From Alphaproteobacteria bacterium (GTDB lineage: Bacteria; Pseudomonadota; Alphaproteobacteria; Micropepsales; Micropepsaceae): 64,000 nucleotides of DNA. Location of the stretch: NCBI GenBank assembly GCA_018971835.1, contig JAGWZW010000006.1:7749-71748 (forward strand), in the 5' to 3' direction. The position numbers were made by a program, and so were the translations under genes. Shown here piece by piece: positions 35,701 through 43,533 of the stretch. Under the pieces are notes generated by a model. That model was not told the origin of the DNA. It made no database searches and was given only the letters and a program-made list of their open reading frames with translations. How positions within the stretch are numbered: the stretch's first letter is position 1; each line of letters starts with the position of its first letter.

Positions 35701-37313
35701 ATCGTGGCAGTGTCGATTTCGAGCGTCTTGTCGCGCGAGATGTGTACCTTGGAGTCCGCCGGCGCCAGGCCGAGCCCCACCCGCTGGCCGACGGAGAAGA
35801 TCAGCACCTCGCCGGGGATCACGAATTTCGAATCCGGTACCGTCACCGCGGTGCGGCGGCCGTTCGCATCGGGTTCGAAGCGGACGCGCTCGCATTCGAG
35901 GCCTGCCACGCGGCCTGCACCATCGTCGATCACGCGCAGGAAATTGAGGCCGATCTCGATCACGATGCCTTCCTCACGCGCCGCCTTCTGCTCATGCGCG
36001 CTGGCCGGCATGGAGCCGGAACTGCCGCGCACCGCCATGTGCACCTTGTGCGCGCCCAGGCGCAGCGCGCTGCGCGCCACGTCCACGGCGACGTCGCCGC
36101 CGCCCACCACCACCACATCCTTGCCTTCAATCAGAGCCCGCGGATCGGCGCTCGGCGCATCACCCGCCGCGCGCATCATCTCCGCCAGGCGCACATCGCG
36201 CAGGAAATGCGTGTTGATGATGACGCCGTTCAAATCGTTGCCCGGAATCGGCAGGCGGATGCCTTCCTGGGCCCCCACAGCAATCAGCACGGCCTTGAAG
36301 CCCTGTGCGAAGAGTTCGTCGAGATTGTCCACGCGCGTGTTGAGCCGCAGATCGACGCCGAGATCGAGAATGTCCTGGATTTCACGCTCGATGATGCCCG
36401 CTGGAAGCCGGTGCGCCGGGACACCAAAGCGCAGCATGCCGCCCGGCGCCGGTAGCGCCTCGAACACCGTTACGCCGTAACCGTGGCGCAGCAGATCCTG
36501 TGCAGCCGTAAGGCCGCAAGGGCCCGCGCCGATGATGGCGATGCGTTCTTCGTGACGGCGCTCGGCGGGCGCTGGCGCCACACGCGGCCGCGCATATTCG
36601 CGATCGACCACAAAACGCTTCAGGCCGCGGATGTTCAGCGGCTCGTCCACCTTGCCGCGGCTGCAGGCGCTTTCGCAGCGATGATCGCAGATGCGCCCGC
36701 AGATGCCGGGAAACGGATTGTCTTCCTGAATGGTGCGCAGCGCATCGGCAGTGCGCCCCTCGCGAACCAGCGCGATGTAGCCTTGCGCCCGCTGGCCGGC
36801 CGGGCAAGCATCGCGGCACGGCGCCACACCGCGCTTCTCGATGGCATAGGCGTCCGGTGTTGCCTGCGGATAGAGACGATAGGCGGCGCGCTGCAGGCGC
36901 AGGCCTTCGTCGAACAGGCTGGGCAGCGATTCCGGGCAGACCTCCGCACATTTGCCGCAGCCGTTGCAGATATCAGTGGCGATAAAGCGGGGCTTGATGT
37001 GCAGCGTGGCCTTGAAGGCGCCGGCCTCGCCCTTCAGCGCAGCTACTTCGCTGTCTGTCAGGATTTCGATGTTGGGATGCGACGCCACATCGACCAGCCG
37101 CGGCGAGATGGTGCACATAGCACAGTCGTTGGTGGGGAAGGTCTTGTCGAGTTTCGCCATATGTCCGCCGAGGGCGGAACGCTTCTCCACCAGATAGACC
37201 TTGTAGCCGCTTTCAGCGAGGTCGAGCGACGACTGGATGCCGGCGATGCCGCCGCCAACCACCATCACCGCGCCGGTCTGTTCCTGCGCAGGGCCGTTCG
37301 CTGCTGCAACCAT
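32736..37313 (-). CDS. hdrL: Giant HdrA-like flavoprotein (HdrL-type): HdrA module with inserted GltD/NfnB-like NAD(P)H domain plus a second HdrA-like module
   Basis: 1525 aa. HdrA motifs (VVGGGIAGIQ, KTFPTNDCAMC). GltD/NfnB-like insert (FPGICGRICDHRCESACSR, IAIIGAGPCGLTAA, VVVVGGGDVAVD). Several 4Fe-4S ferredoxin motifs. Second FAD module (ALVVGGGPAGMT) and a C-terminal 2x[4Fe-4S] (CVGCLTCVRSC, CQGCGLCAAQCP). Confidence 0.8.
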   Translation of the reverse strand: MVAAANGPAQEQTGAVMVVGGGIAGIQSSLDLAESGYKVYLVEKRSALGGHMAKLDKTFPTNDCAMCTISPRLVDVASHPNIEILTDSEVAALKGEAGAFKATLHIKPRFIATDICNGCGKCAEVCPESLPSLFDEGLRLQRAAYRLYPQATPDAYAIEKRGVAPCRDACPAGQRAQGYIALVREGRTADALRTIQEDNPFPGICGRICDHRCESACSRGKVDEPLNIRGLKRFVVDREYARPRVAPAPAERRHEERIAIIGAGPCGLTAAQDLLRHGYGVTVFEALPAPGGMLRFGVPAHRLPAGIIEREIQDILDLGVDLRLNTRVDNLDELFAQGFKAVLIAVGAQEGIRLPIPGNDLNGVIINTHFLRDVRLAEMMRAAGDAPSADPRALIEGKDVVVVGGGDVAVDVARSALRLGAHKVHMAVRGSSGSMPASAHEQKAAREEGIVIEIGLNFLRVIDDGAGRVAGLECERVRFEPDANGRRTAVTVPDSKFVIPGEVLIFSVGQRVGLGLAPADSKVHISRDKTLEIDTATMATGRPGVFAAGDCTTGTAFAIEAIAGGHKSAEAIHRYLRKGAAHGAEKPVLPVAEMRQEDLDRKVQQCQIIRSPRVPMPEMTVATRCGDFAEVELGYSEEQAKAEAGRCLSCGICSECNQCVYACGIGAIDHAMVEETRDINVGAVVLAPGYQTYRAQLSEEYGYGRYPNVVTSLEFERLLSASGPNNGHVLRPSDRRTPKRIAFLQCVGSRDQSHDYCSAVCCMYAAKEAVQAIEHEPDTKIRVFMMDTRAFSKGYEAYYRSAREKYGIGYTRCRISALREDPATRNLLVRYWDRAGAREVTEEEFDMVVLSVGMEIAPEVRDLGRRLGVELDDHGFCRTVQFDPLQTSRRGVFAVGPFREPKDIPESLVDASGAAASIGELLSSARGTLTRKQEYPPERDVSSEEARTAVFVCHCGTNISGFLNCDEVAEYAKTLPGVIHAEESLYACSRDSVAHIADTARELGANRLIVASCTPLTHEGLFRGCARSAGFNPFLVDMANIRNQCSWVHSKDRGEATAKAKDLVRMSAARAAELKPLKTGEMAMNRSALVVGGGPAGMTVALSLARQGFAVHLVEKQAELGGALRQQHFGLDDIGVASPLGRAGSGAWVRPQALLAELVAEVEAEPRITVHRQTVLAKTSGFMGNFTSTLTSPDGAVERAVVQHGAAVLATGGVEYRGEEYGYGRDPRILTQSQFEEKLAAGEVPGRVVMIQCVGPAERYCARICCTTALKNALILKARQPSSEVTVIYKDIRTYGFKERLYDKALEAGVRFVHYDEAHVPEVSSENGRPVVRVFEEILGKALALTADYLVLSTPLVPPPAARELSSCLKVPIDADGFFLEAHVKLRPVDFLSEGLYMAGTAHYPKSLEETLVHARAAAARAGALISHDSITVGGSIAEVDPALCVGCLTCVRSCAYSAPRINPELCGVGGIIGAAYIEPALCQGCGLCAAQCPANAIQLRHYTDLQVRAKVDALFERFHESHAP

Positions 37314-37582
37314 TCAGAGAAACCTCGAAACTGCTAAACCGAAAATGGCTGACACGACATTTTTTGCGTTGGCGTTGGAATGAGCCTCGACGTCGTTGCG
37401 TGGCGCCGCGCCGGTTCGACACAGAATAACAGAGACCCTGATAATGACTATAGCAGCGCACGGCGTCACCGCTTGCGGAACAAGCGGTTGCGACAATTTG
37501 GATTCTCTTACGGGAGTCGCTCAGACGGCCGATCCGGCGTACGGCCTAAGCATTCTGCGACGACGCGCCGCAGCCGATCGCC

Positions 37583-38005
37583 TTAAACGTCCTCGACGAG
37601 TTCGATCAGATTTCCGCTGTCGTCATTTACGAACGCAACGCATGTGCTGGCGATGGTTCTGGGCGCCATCGCGATGACGACGCCACGGGATCGTAAATGT
37701 TCGACCGTCTCCGCAACGCCTTTCACAGCGAAAGCGACGTGCTTGACGCCGTGCGTACGCAGATCCTCGTCGGGAACACGGCGCCCTTCCGGCAGGGGCG
37801 CCGCGCCGGGTAACTCAAACAGTTCGATTCGAAACGTATCGTGAATGAGGAACGCGACCTTGGCGCCGAGATGCGGCAGCACCGCGCGACTTTCAAGCGT
37901 GAAGGCCAGCTTGTCGCAGTACCAGGCGACCGCACGCTCCAGATCGGGCACGCTGAACGCGCAGTGGTGCGGCGTCAAGCGGATTTGCGGCGGCGAGAGG
38001 GTCAT
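37583..38005 (-). CDS. VOC/glyoxalase-family protein
   Basis: 140 aa. Glyoxalase-like pattern (HHCAFSVPDLERAVAWY ... HVAFAV ... FVNDDSGNLIELVE). ATGA overlap with the MFS stop; the track start at 38224 lies inside the MFS gene. Confidence 0.75.
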   Translation of the reverse strand: MTLSPPQIRLTPHHCAFSVPDLERAVAWYCDKLAFTLESRAVLPHLGAKVAFLIHDTFRIELFELPGAAPLPEGRRVPDEDLRTHGVKHVAFAVKGVAETVEHLRSRGVVIAMAPRTIASTCVAFVNDDSGNLIELVEDV

Positions 38006-39222
38006 ACCGTCAGGCCCAGGTTCGAACGTGGCGGCGCCATTATGCCCCGCTTCATCGAGGCAAATGCCGCCAGAACGGCAGCCCCCGCGCAGGCGATGCC
38101 GACCGCCACAAAGGCCGGAAAGAGCCCGCCGACACGCCCGGCGACGAGCGTCACCACCAACGGCGTCAGGAATTGGCCGGTGGCGTTGGCACCCTGCCAC
38201 AATCCGGTGCCGCGGCCGCGCCACTCATAGGCAAGGCCCCGCATAGCCCAGGTGAGCAAGGTCGGGAAGCTCATGCCGGCGCCGATCTGATTGAGCGCCG
38301 CCGCAGCGACCAGACCTTCGAAGCCCGGCGCCAATCCCATACCGACAAATCCGGTCGCGAGGATTACCAATTCCACAAACAGCAGCGCGGAGACGGAAAG
38401 GCGGCGCGAAAGCCGCATGAAGACGAAGGAACCGATCGGCACGAAAATGCTGGCTATGGCGGTCAGTGTCCCGATCCGAACCGGATCGGAAACGCCGTGA
38501 TCGCGCAAACCGAACGGCAGCTCGAGCTGCACGACAAAGAACATCGTCGATACGAACAGCGTAATGGCGCAGATTCCCAGCATCTTCCGAAAGGGAAAGC
38601 GCGTGCTCGGCGCCGGACCGGCAGCCTCTTCCGGCTCGCTCTCGGGCTCCGGTTCCCAGGTGAACAGCGCCACCGCGCCCAACAGCAGCGCCGCGCTACC
38701 ATAGAGCACGAAGGGCCCGCGCCAGCCGAAGATCCCGAGCAAGCCGCCCAGGAAGATGAAGCAGACGGCCGAAACGGAGGCAATGGCCGTTTGGTAGGCC
38801 AGCCATTTGTCACGCGCGGCACCCTTGAAGAAATCGCCGATCAGCGTCGTGCTGACGGTCAGGATGAAAGATTCCAGAACGCCGACCACCACGCGCGAGA
38901 TCAGAATGCTGGTCAGCCGATCCAGCGCCAGCGGCGCCACGCCGACGATGGCGTACAGCAGCATCGCGATCAGCAACAGCTTGCGCCGGCCAAAGATATC
39001 CGCGGCGACGCCGGCCAGCGGCAGAAACAGAACCTGAACCATCGCCGGCACCGTCAGGATCATCGGAACCCAATAGCGCGCGCCGGGAACTCCGGCAAAA
39101 TGGTCCTGCAGCATCGGCAGGACGGGCGCCAGCACCACCGTTCCCATAACCGCCAGCGTGCAGGGCAGCAACAGGATGATCGCTTGCAACGGGCCAGCCT
39201 GTTTGCAGGATGTCTTGCTCAC
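38002..39222 (-). CDS. MFS transporter
   Basis: Multiple TM segments. MFS motif (LAGVAADIFGRRKLL). GTG 39222 has a GGGAGGA Shine-Dalgarno 5 nt upstream; the ORF opens at 39249. Confidence 0.8.
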   Translation of the reverse strand: MSKTSCKQAGPLQAIILLLPCTLAVMGTVVLAPVLPMLQDHFAGVPGARYWVPMILTVPAMVQVLFLPLAGVAADIFGRRKLLLIAMLLYAIVGVAPLALDRLTSILISRVVVGVLESFILTVSTTLIGDFFKGAARDKWLAYQTAIASVSAVCFIFLGGLLGIFGWRGPFVLYGSAALLLGAVALFTWEPEPESEPEEAAGPAPSTRFPFRKMLGICAITLFVSTMFFVVQLELPFGLRDHGVSDPVRIGTLTAIASIFVPIGSFVFMRLSRRLSVSALLFVELVILATGFVGMGLAPGFEGLVAAAALNQIGAGMSFPTLLTWAMRGLAYEWRGRGTGLWQGANATGQFLTPLVVTLVAGRVGGLFPAFVAVGIACAGAAVLAAFASMKRGIMAPPRSNLGLTV

Positions 39223-39281
39223 TTTTCCTCCCGCCCGGAAAGGCTTCACCCGGGTCGAGCCGTCACGATAGCATCAAGCAA

Positions 39282-39307
39282 ATGGCCGCGCCCATCGGCG
39301 CGGCCAT
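39282..39307 (-). terminator. Perfect 11-bp stem / 4-nt loop hairpin between the TonB receptor and MFS genes
   Basis: ATGGCCGCGCC-CATC-GGCGCGGCCAT, 36 nt after the receptor stop. The minus-strand tail is TTGCTTGATGC (weak U-tract). May be a partial terminator or an RNA-stability element. Confidence 0.45.
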
Positions 39308-39342
39308 CTTCGTTACGCCGGCAGTATGCTGACCTGCCGCAA

Positions 39343-41751
39343 TCAGAAGTCGGCACTCAGGCGCACGCCGACATAGCGCCTGGCATCGGCCGCCGGTTGC
39401 GACACCACCACATTGTTGCTGCCCCAGGGTGCACCCCAGAAGTCTTCGACATCCGAATAGTATACGTGATCGGTGACGTTGTTCACGAAGACGGTCAGCG
39501 CATAGGTTCCCGACTTGCTGCGCGCCGTCACGCCCAGGTTAAGCAGGCCAAAACCGGGCTGAACGGTGCGCGGGTTCTGGTCCGGCTGCATCTGGGCTTC
39601 GGTCCGATAGGAATAATCGGCCCGCAGCGTCAGATCGAACAGGTCCAGCGGAATGCGCTGTTCGGCGCCGATATTGATCTTGAATTTCGGCGAATTGGGC
39701 ATGGTCTTGCCGTCGACATTTTCGACATAGCTGCCCGTGGTGGCATCCAGATAGCAGACGGATGGCGTCGGGTTTTCAGGATAGCAAGGCTGGGACTTGT
39801 TGTCGGTGAACCAGGCATCGATGTAAGCCGCGTTCACGTTCAGCCGGAGAGTGTCGGTCGCCTGCCAGTCCGCATCCAGTTCCACGCCGCGGGTTTCGAC
39901 GCCACCCGGTATGAGGTTCAGCGTCGGATAGGTGCTGCCCGGAATAACACTGAAGGTCTGGATCTGGAAATTGCTGTACTGCGTGTCGAACAGCGCCAGA
40001 TTCAGGCCGAGGCGGTGATCGAAATAGGTGCCCTTGCTGCCGATTTCAAAGTTGTCGATATCGGTCTGCGGCGCGATGCTGAGCTGGTTTGACGCGTCCG
40101 AGGTGAGATAGAGCGTCGTGTTGTAGACCTTGGGCGCATAGCCACGCGCATAGGTCGCGTAGATCATGGAGTCGCGGTTGACGTGATATTGCAGGCTCGC
40201 GTCGCCGACCAGCGCCGAGGAACTGTTGCTGCCGGAGCTGGTGTGGGGCCCCCAATCGCCGAACGCACCGGGACCGCCAGCGGCAAAGCCGATCTGGTTA
40301 TCCGTATACTTCAGGACGTCATAGTTATAACGCACGCCGCCGATCAGCGAGAAGTCCGGAGCGAAGTTCCACGTCGCGCGGGCGTAGACGTCGTAGGTCG
40401 CCGTGTCCGGTTTCATCCGGTAGTTCACGAGTGCCGGCAGGAAGGCCCGGGCGTAATCCTCGTTGACGACCGAGTCCGAGTAGAACAGGCCGATGAGCCA
40501 ACTGAATGGCTGGTTCGCTGGCGACATCAGCTTCACTTCTTCGGTGAACTGGCGGATGTTTTCCGTCTGCGTTTGGAAGTCATAGAAGGCCGGCGCGGTG
40601 CAATGCGTCAGGTACTGGAAGAAAAACACCGAGCCGCCGGTGAAGCAGGTGTTGTCGAACACCGGCGCCGGTGCCGGCGGACCATAGCCCGCGGGGACGG
40701 TCTGACTTGCCACCACGAACAGATCCTGGGTGTTGTCCTGCCACTCCTGCTGGTAGGCCGTGGTCGAGCTGAGCGTGAGGCCGCCCAGCTGGTAGTTGAT
40801 GATGAGCGACGCGTCGGCATCGTGAATCTTTGCGCCCGAATTCGGCACCGAGCTGTCGTAGGTCAGGTTGGACCAGTTGGGCGTGATACCGGGCAGCATC
40901 ACGCTTGCCGCCAGCGGCGGCGCGCCGAGCAACGCCGCGCCCGGCTGCGCATAGGTATAGACGAAGTTCGCGCCGTGCGAATGGCCGTTCTGAATGTGGG
41001 CCATCAGCGTGATGTCGAGGTTTTCGTTCGGCTGGTAACGCAGCTTTCCGCGCACCCCGTAAGTATCCTGATAGCTCTTGTCGCCGTTCAGCTTGTTGGT
41101 GATCGGATAGATTGTATGGTCGGCGAAGGCCGAAAGGCTGTATTCGAGCTGGTCCGAGATCGGGCCCGCGACAAAACCGTCGACATGCTCGCCGGCGCGG
41201 TCGGTCGCAGTTGCGCTGAAGGACGCTGTGAAGACGTCGGACGGGCCGCGGGTCACGATGTTGATTTCACCGGCTGCCGCAGTGCGCCCGCCGAGCGTGG
41301 CCTGCGGCCCCTTGAGCACTTCGATCTGCTGGATGTCGGCCAGATGATTGCCGGCAAAGGAGTCGGAGGGAACCGGCACGCCGTCCAGCATGATCGCGAC
41401 GCCGGACGCCAGGCCCACTGTGGCCTCGTTGGCGACCGACGAAATGCCGCGCACGCCCAAGGGAACGCGGCCGTTGAAGGAACCGTTGAGTTGGATCGAT
41501 GGCACCAGGTTGTTCAGGTCCGCGATATCGGTGGCGTTCGCCTGGCTGATCTGGCTGGCGCCGACCACCGCAACGGAAACCGGCGCATCCTGCAGACGCT
41601 CCGACCGCTTCTGCGCGGTGATAACCACGGTTTCGATCTGCTCCGCCCCCGTGTCGGCTGCCGGCGCGGGTGATTGTGCGGCTGCACTACTCGCCCACGC
41701 TGCAGCGCCGAGCGCGATAGCTGTTGAAAGCAACAGATGTTTCCTACTCAT
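39343..41751 (-). CDS. TonB-dependent receptor
   Basis: Signal peptide (MSRKHLLLSTAIALGAAAWASSAAAQ), plug (ETVVITAQKRSERLQDAPVSVAVV), barrel ending ...GVRLSADF. ATG 41751 with GGAGAGG Shine-Dalgarno. Confidence 0.9.
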   Translation of the reverse strand: MSRKHLLLSTAIALGAAAWASSAAAQSPAPAADTGAEQIETVVITAQKRSERLQDAPVSVAVVGASQISQANATDIADLNNLVPSIQLNGSFNGRVPLGVRGISSVANEATVGLASGVAIMLDGVPVPSDSFAGNHLADIQQIEVLKGPQATLGGRTAAAGEINIVTRGPSDVFTASFSATATDRAGEHVDGFVAGPISDQLEYSLSAFADHTIYPITNKLNGDKSYQDTYGVRGKLRYQPNENLDITLMAHIQNGHSHGANFVYTYAQPGAALLGAPPLAASVMLPGITPNWSNLTYDSSVPNSGAKIHDADASLIINYQLGGLTLSSTTAYQQEWQDNTQDLFVVASQTVPAGYGPPAPAPVFDNTCFTGGSVFFFQYLTHCTAPAFYDFQTQTENIRQFTEEVKLMSPANQPFSWLIGLFYSDSVVNEDYARAFLPALVNYRMKPDTATYDVYARATWNFAPDFSLIGGVRYNYDVLKYTDNQIGFAAGGPGAFGDWGPHTSSGSNSSSALVGDASLQYHVNRDSMIYATYARGYAPKVYNTTLYLTSDASNQLSIAPQTDIDNFEIGSKGTYFDHRLGLNLALFDTQYSNFQIQTFSVIPGSTYPTLNLIPGGVETRGVELDADWQATDTLRLNVNAAYIDAWFTDNKSQPCYPENPTPSVCYLDATTGSYVENVDGKTMPNSPKFKINIGAEQRIPLDLFDLTLRADYSYRTEAQMQPDQNPRTVQPGFGLLNLGVTARSKSGTYALTVFVNNVTDHVYYSDVEDFWGAPWGSNNVVVSQPAADARRYVGVRLSADF

Positions 41752-42043
41752 AGCACACCTCTCCCCCAAGTCTGTTTTCACTACGCAGTTGACACAGCTT
41801 CACAACACGAACGCCCAAGAGCGGCGCGATTGAAGCAGGCGCCTCATCCGGCATCTGCCCCGCGACTTCTCGGCCTTCATCTCGAAAAACGGGATTTGTA
41901 AGTACCCGGCATTCCTCCTCAGCCCCGGCTCCCGCGGGGCTCTGTGCTGCAGCATATAGCAGATCACGATACGGATGACAAGTTCCGCTATACGGAACTA
42001 AATCCACGTGTGAGGGCGTGACCGCCACATGCCGGCCGAGCCC

Positions 42044-42523
42044 TCAGTGCGGAAGCCCCAGTTCGGTCATTGTGCCGGTTGCGTCGGTTCGGATGAAACT
42101 GTTGTACGCGACGATGATCTTGAAAAATCTGGCATTTTCGATCTCGTACATCACCAGGCCGCGAAAATCGAAGGCATCCCCTTCGCGTACCTGGCCGAAG
42201 AGCGACGCGCCGCTGACGGTTGCGACGAAGTGGGTCCACATATTAACTGCGAGCGTCCGGCTATCGCTGATGAAGCGATTGATATGAATGGTTTCTTCAA
42301 AGAAGGGCCAGATGGCTTCCTCATAATGTCTTCTCATGCCCTGAACGCCGCGCAACTCCAATGTGCCGTTCAGGATGACCGCGTCCCTGGCGAGATAGTC
42401 GTCAAATGCCGTCGCGTCCCTGGCGTTGAAGCGCCGGATATACGCATCAAATCTTTCGCGGCCGAATATATCAGACCCGATATCGGCTGAGCCGCGCCCA
42501 GATTTCCCGGGTTCTGCGTTCAT
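42044..42523 (-). CDS. NTF2/SnoaL-like domain protein
   Basis: SnoaL-like pattern (FDAYIRRFNARDATAFDDYLARDAVILNG...). ATG 42523 has a GGAGAA Shine-Dalgarno 8 nt upstream; the ORF opens at 42580. Confidence 0.6.
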   Translation of the reverse strand: MNAEPGKSGRGSADIGSDIFGRERFDAYIRRFNARDATAFDDYLARDAVILNGTLELRGVQGMRRHYEEAIWPFFEETIHINRFISDSRTLAVNMWTHFVATVSGASLFGQVREGDAFDFRGLVMYEIENARFFKIIVAYNSFIRTDATGTMTELGLPH

Positions 42524-42753
42524 ATTTTTCTTCTCCATCGCCTTACGAAGGGACCGCCGGCACTCAACGGAACCGGACATTTGGCATAGCTGTTCGTCTC
42601 ACGCGCCGTTGTCCGCGGACTATGTCCCCTGCTTGAAGTACCCGTCTTAATTTCAACTATCGACCGGATGAATACATGATGCGCTATGGCGATTGCCCCT
42701 TGGAGTATAGCTATGGCCCGTAGCGCCGCAGGTGCGCGATCGGGAGGACAGAC

Positions 42754-43533
42754 ATGGACGAGTGCCGGTTCCGCATGCTCAAGAGCATCGTGATGCACGA
42801 CATCCCGCAGGATGCCATCGCGGCGATGGAACGCTGGTATTGCAAGGACCATTCGCCGGAGATTGTGCGCCGCTTCGGCCCCTGGGAAGCGCGGCATGAT
42901 TCCTATCTGCCGGTGGATGCTCCGTCCGAGGCGCGCGCCTATGGCTATTACAACTGGCGCGTGACGGAAGGCTGGTGGCGCGAACTGCCTGCGCCCGGTC
43001 CGCAAGGCAATCTCTGCTTCACGCTGCCGCCGGTGTGGCCGAAGGTGGCGACCTGTTACATTCCCTGGCAGCCGACCGACGATTTCCTCGGTCATGATGT
43101 CGCGCCCGGCGAGAAGAACGTGCTGCGCTGGTATGTGCTGATGAAATATCCCAGGGGCGTCTCGCTCGATGAAGGAGAAGACTGGTTCCTGAACACCCAT
43201 GTTCCACAGGTGATGCGCCAGCCCGGCCTCTGGCGCTTCTTCAGCTATCGCACGATCAAGGAACCGCTGCCGCTGCCGGGAAGCTGGCCGCCCGGCAAGG
43301 TTCCGCCCGCCGGCAGCGTGTCTCATGATTGGGACCGGGTCTGCGAATTCTGGTACGAATCCTTTGCCGACTGGCGACACTCCATAATCGCGGCGCCGCC
43401 TGCTTATACGGCACCGCGCTGGGCGAGATATGACCGCTATCCGTTTCTGGAACCGCATGTCGATTTCGCCAGCTCCTTTCTTCTGGAGCGCCCCGCCGAC
43501 GAATTCCTGAGGGATGCGCGCGCTTACCTCTAG
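42754..43533 (+). CDS. Hypothetical protein with two EthD-like (dimeric alpha/beta-barrel) repeats
   Basis: Internal repeat ERWYCKDHSPEIVRRFGPW / EDWFLNTHVPQVMRQPGLW, resembling the EthD motif of the 24036-24356 gene (FDFYKRRHVPLI). Strong Shine-Dalgarno (GGGAGGA). The 402-aa antisense ORF is Arg-rich and was rejected. Confidence 0.6.
   Translation: MDECRFRMLKSIVMHDIPQDAIAAMERWYCKDHSPEIVRRFGPWEARHDSYLPVDAPSEARAYGYYNWRVTEGWWRELPAPGPQGNLCFTLPPVWPKVATCYIPWQPTDDFLGHDVAPGEKNVLRWYVLMKYPRGVSLDEGEDWFLNTHVPQVMRQPGLWRFFSYRTIKEPLPLPGSWPPGKVPPAGSVSHDWDRVCEFWYESFADWRHSIIAAPPAYTAPRWARYDRYPFLEPHVDFASSFLLERPADEFLRDARAYL

Noticed and set aside
37405-37425. GGTTCGA (tRNA T-loop-like) in the hdrL upstream region
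   Set aside because: The flanking bases cannot form a T-stem, and no acceptor, D or anticodon arms can be drawn. It is not a tRNA or tRNA fragment.
38173-40092. 639-aa + strand ORF spanning the MFS and TonB-receptor genes
   Set aside because: Its extreme Arg/Gln/His/Asp composition (RRQRHADDGVQQHRDQQQ...) marks it as an antisense artefact. The minus-strand genes show transporter and receptor features.
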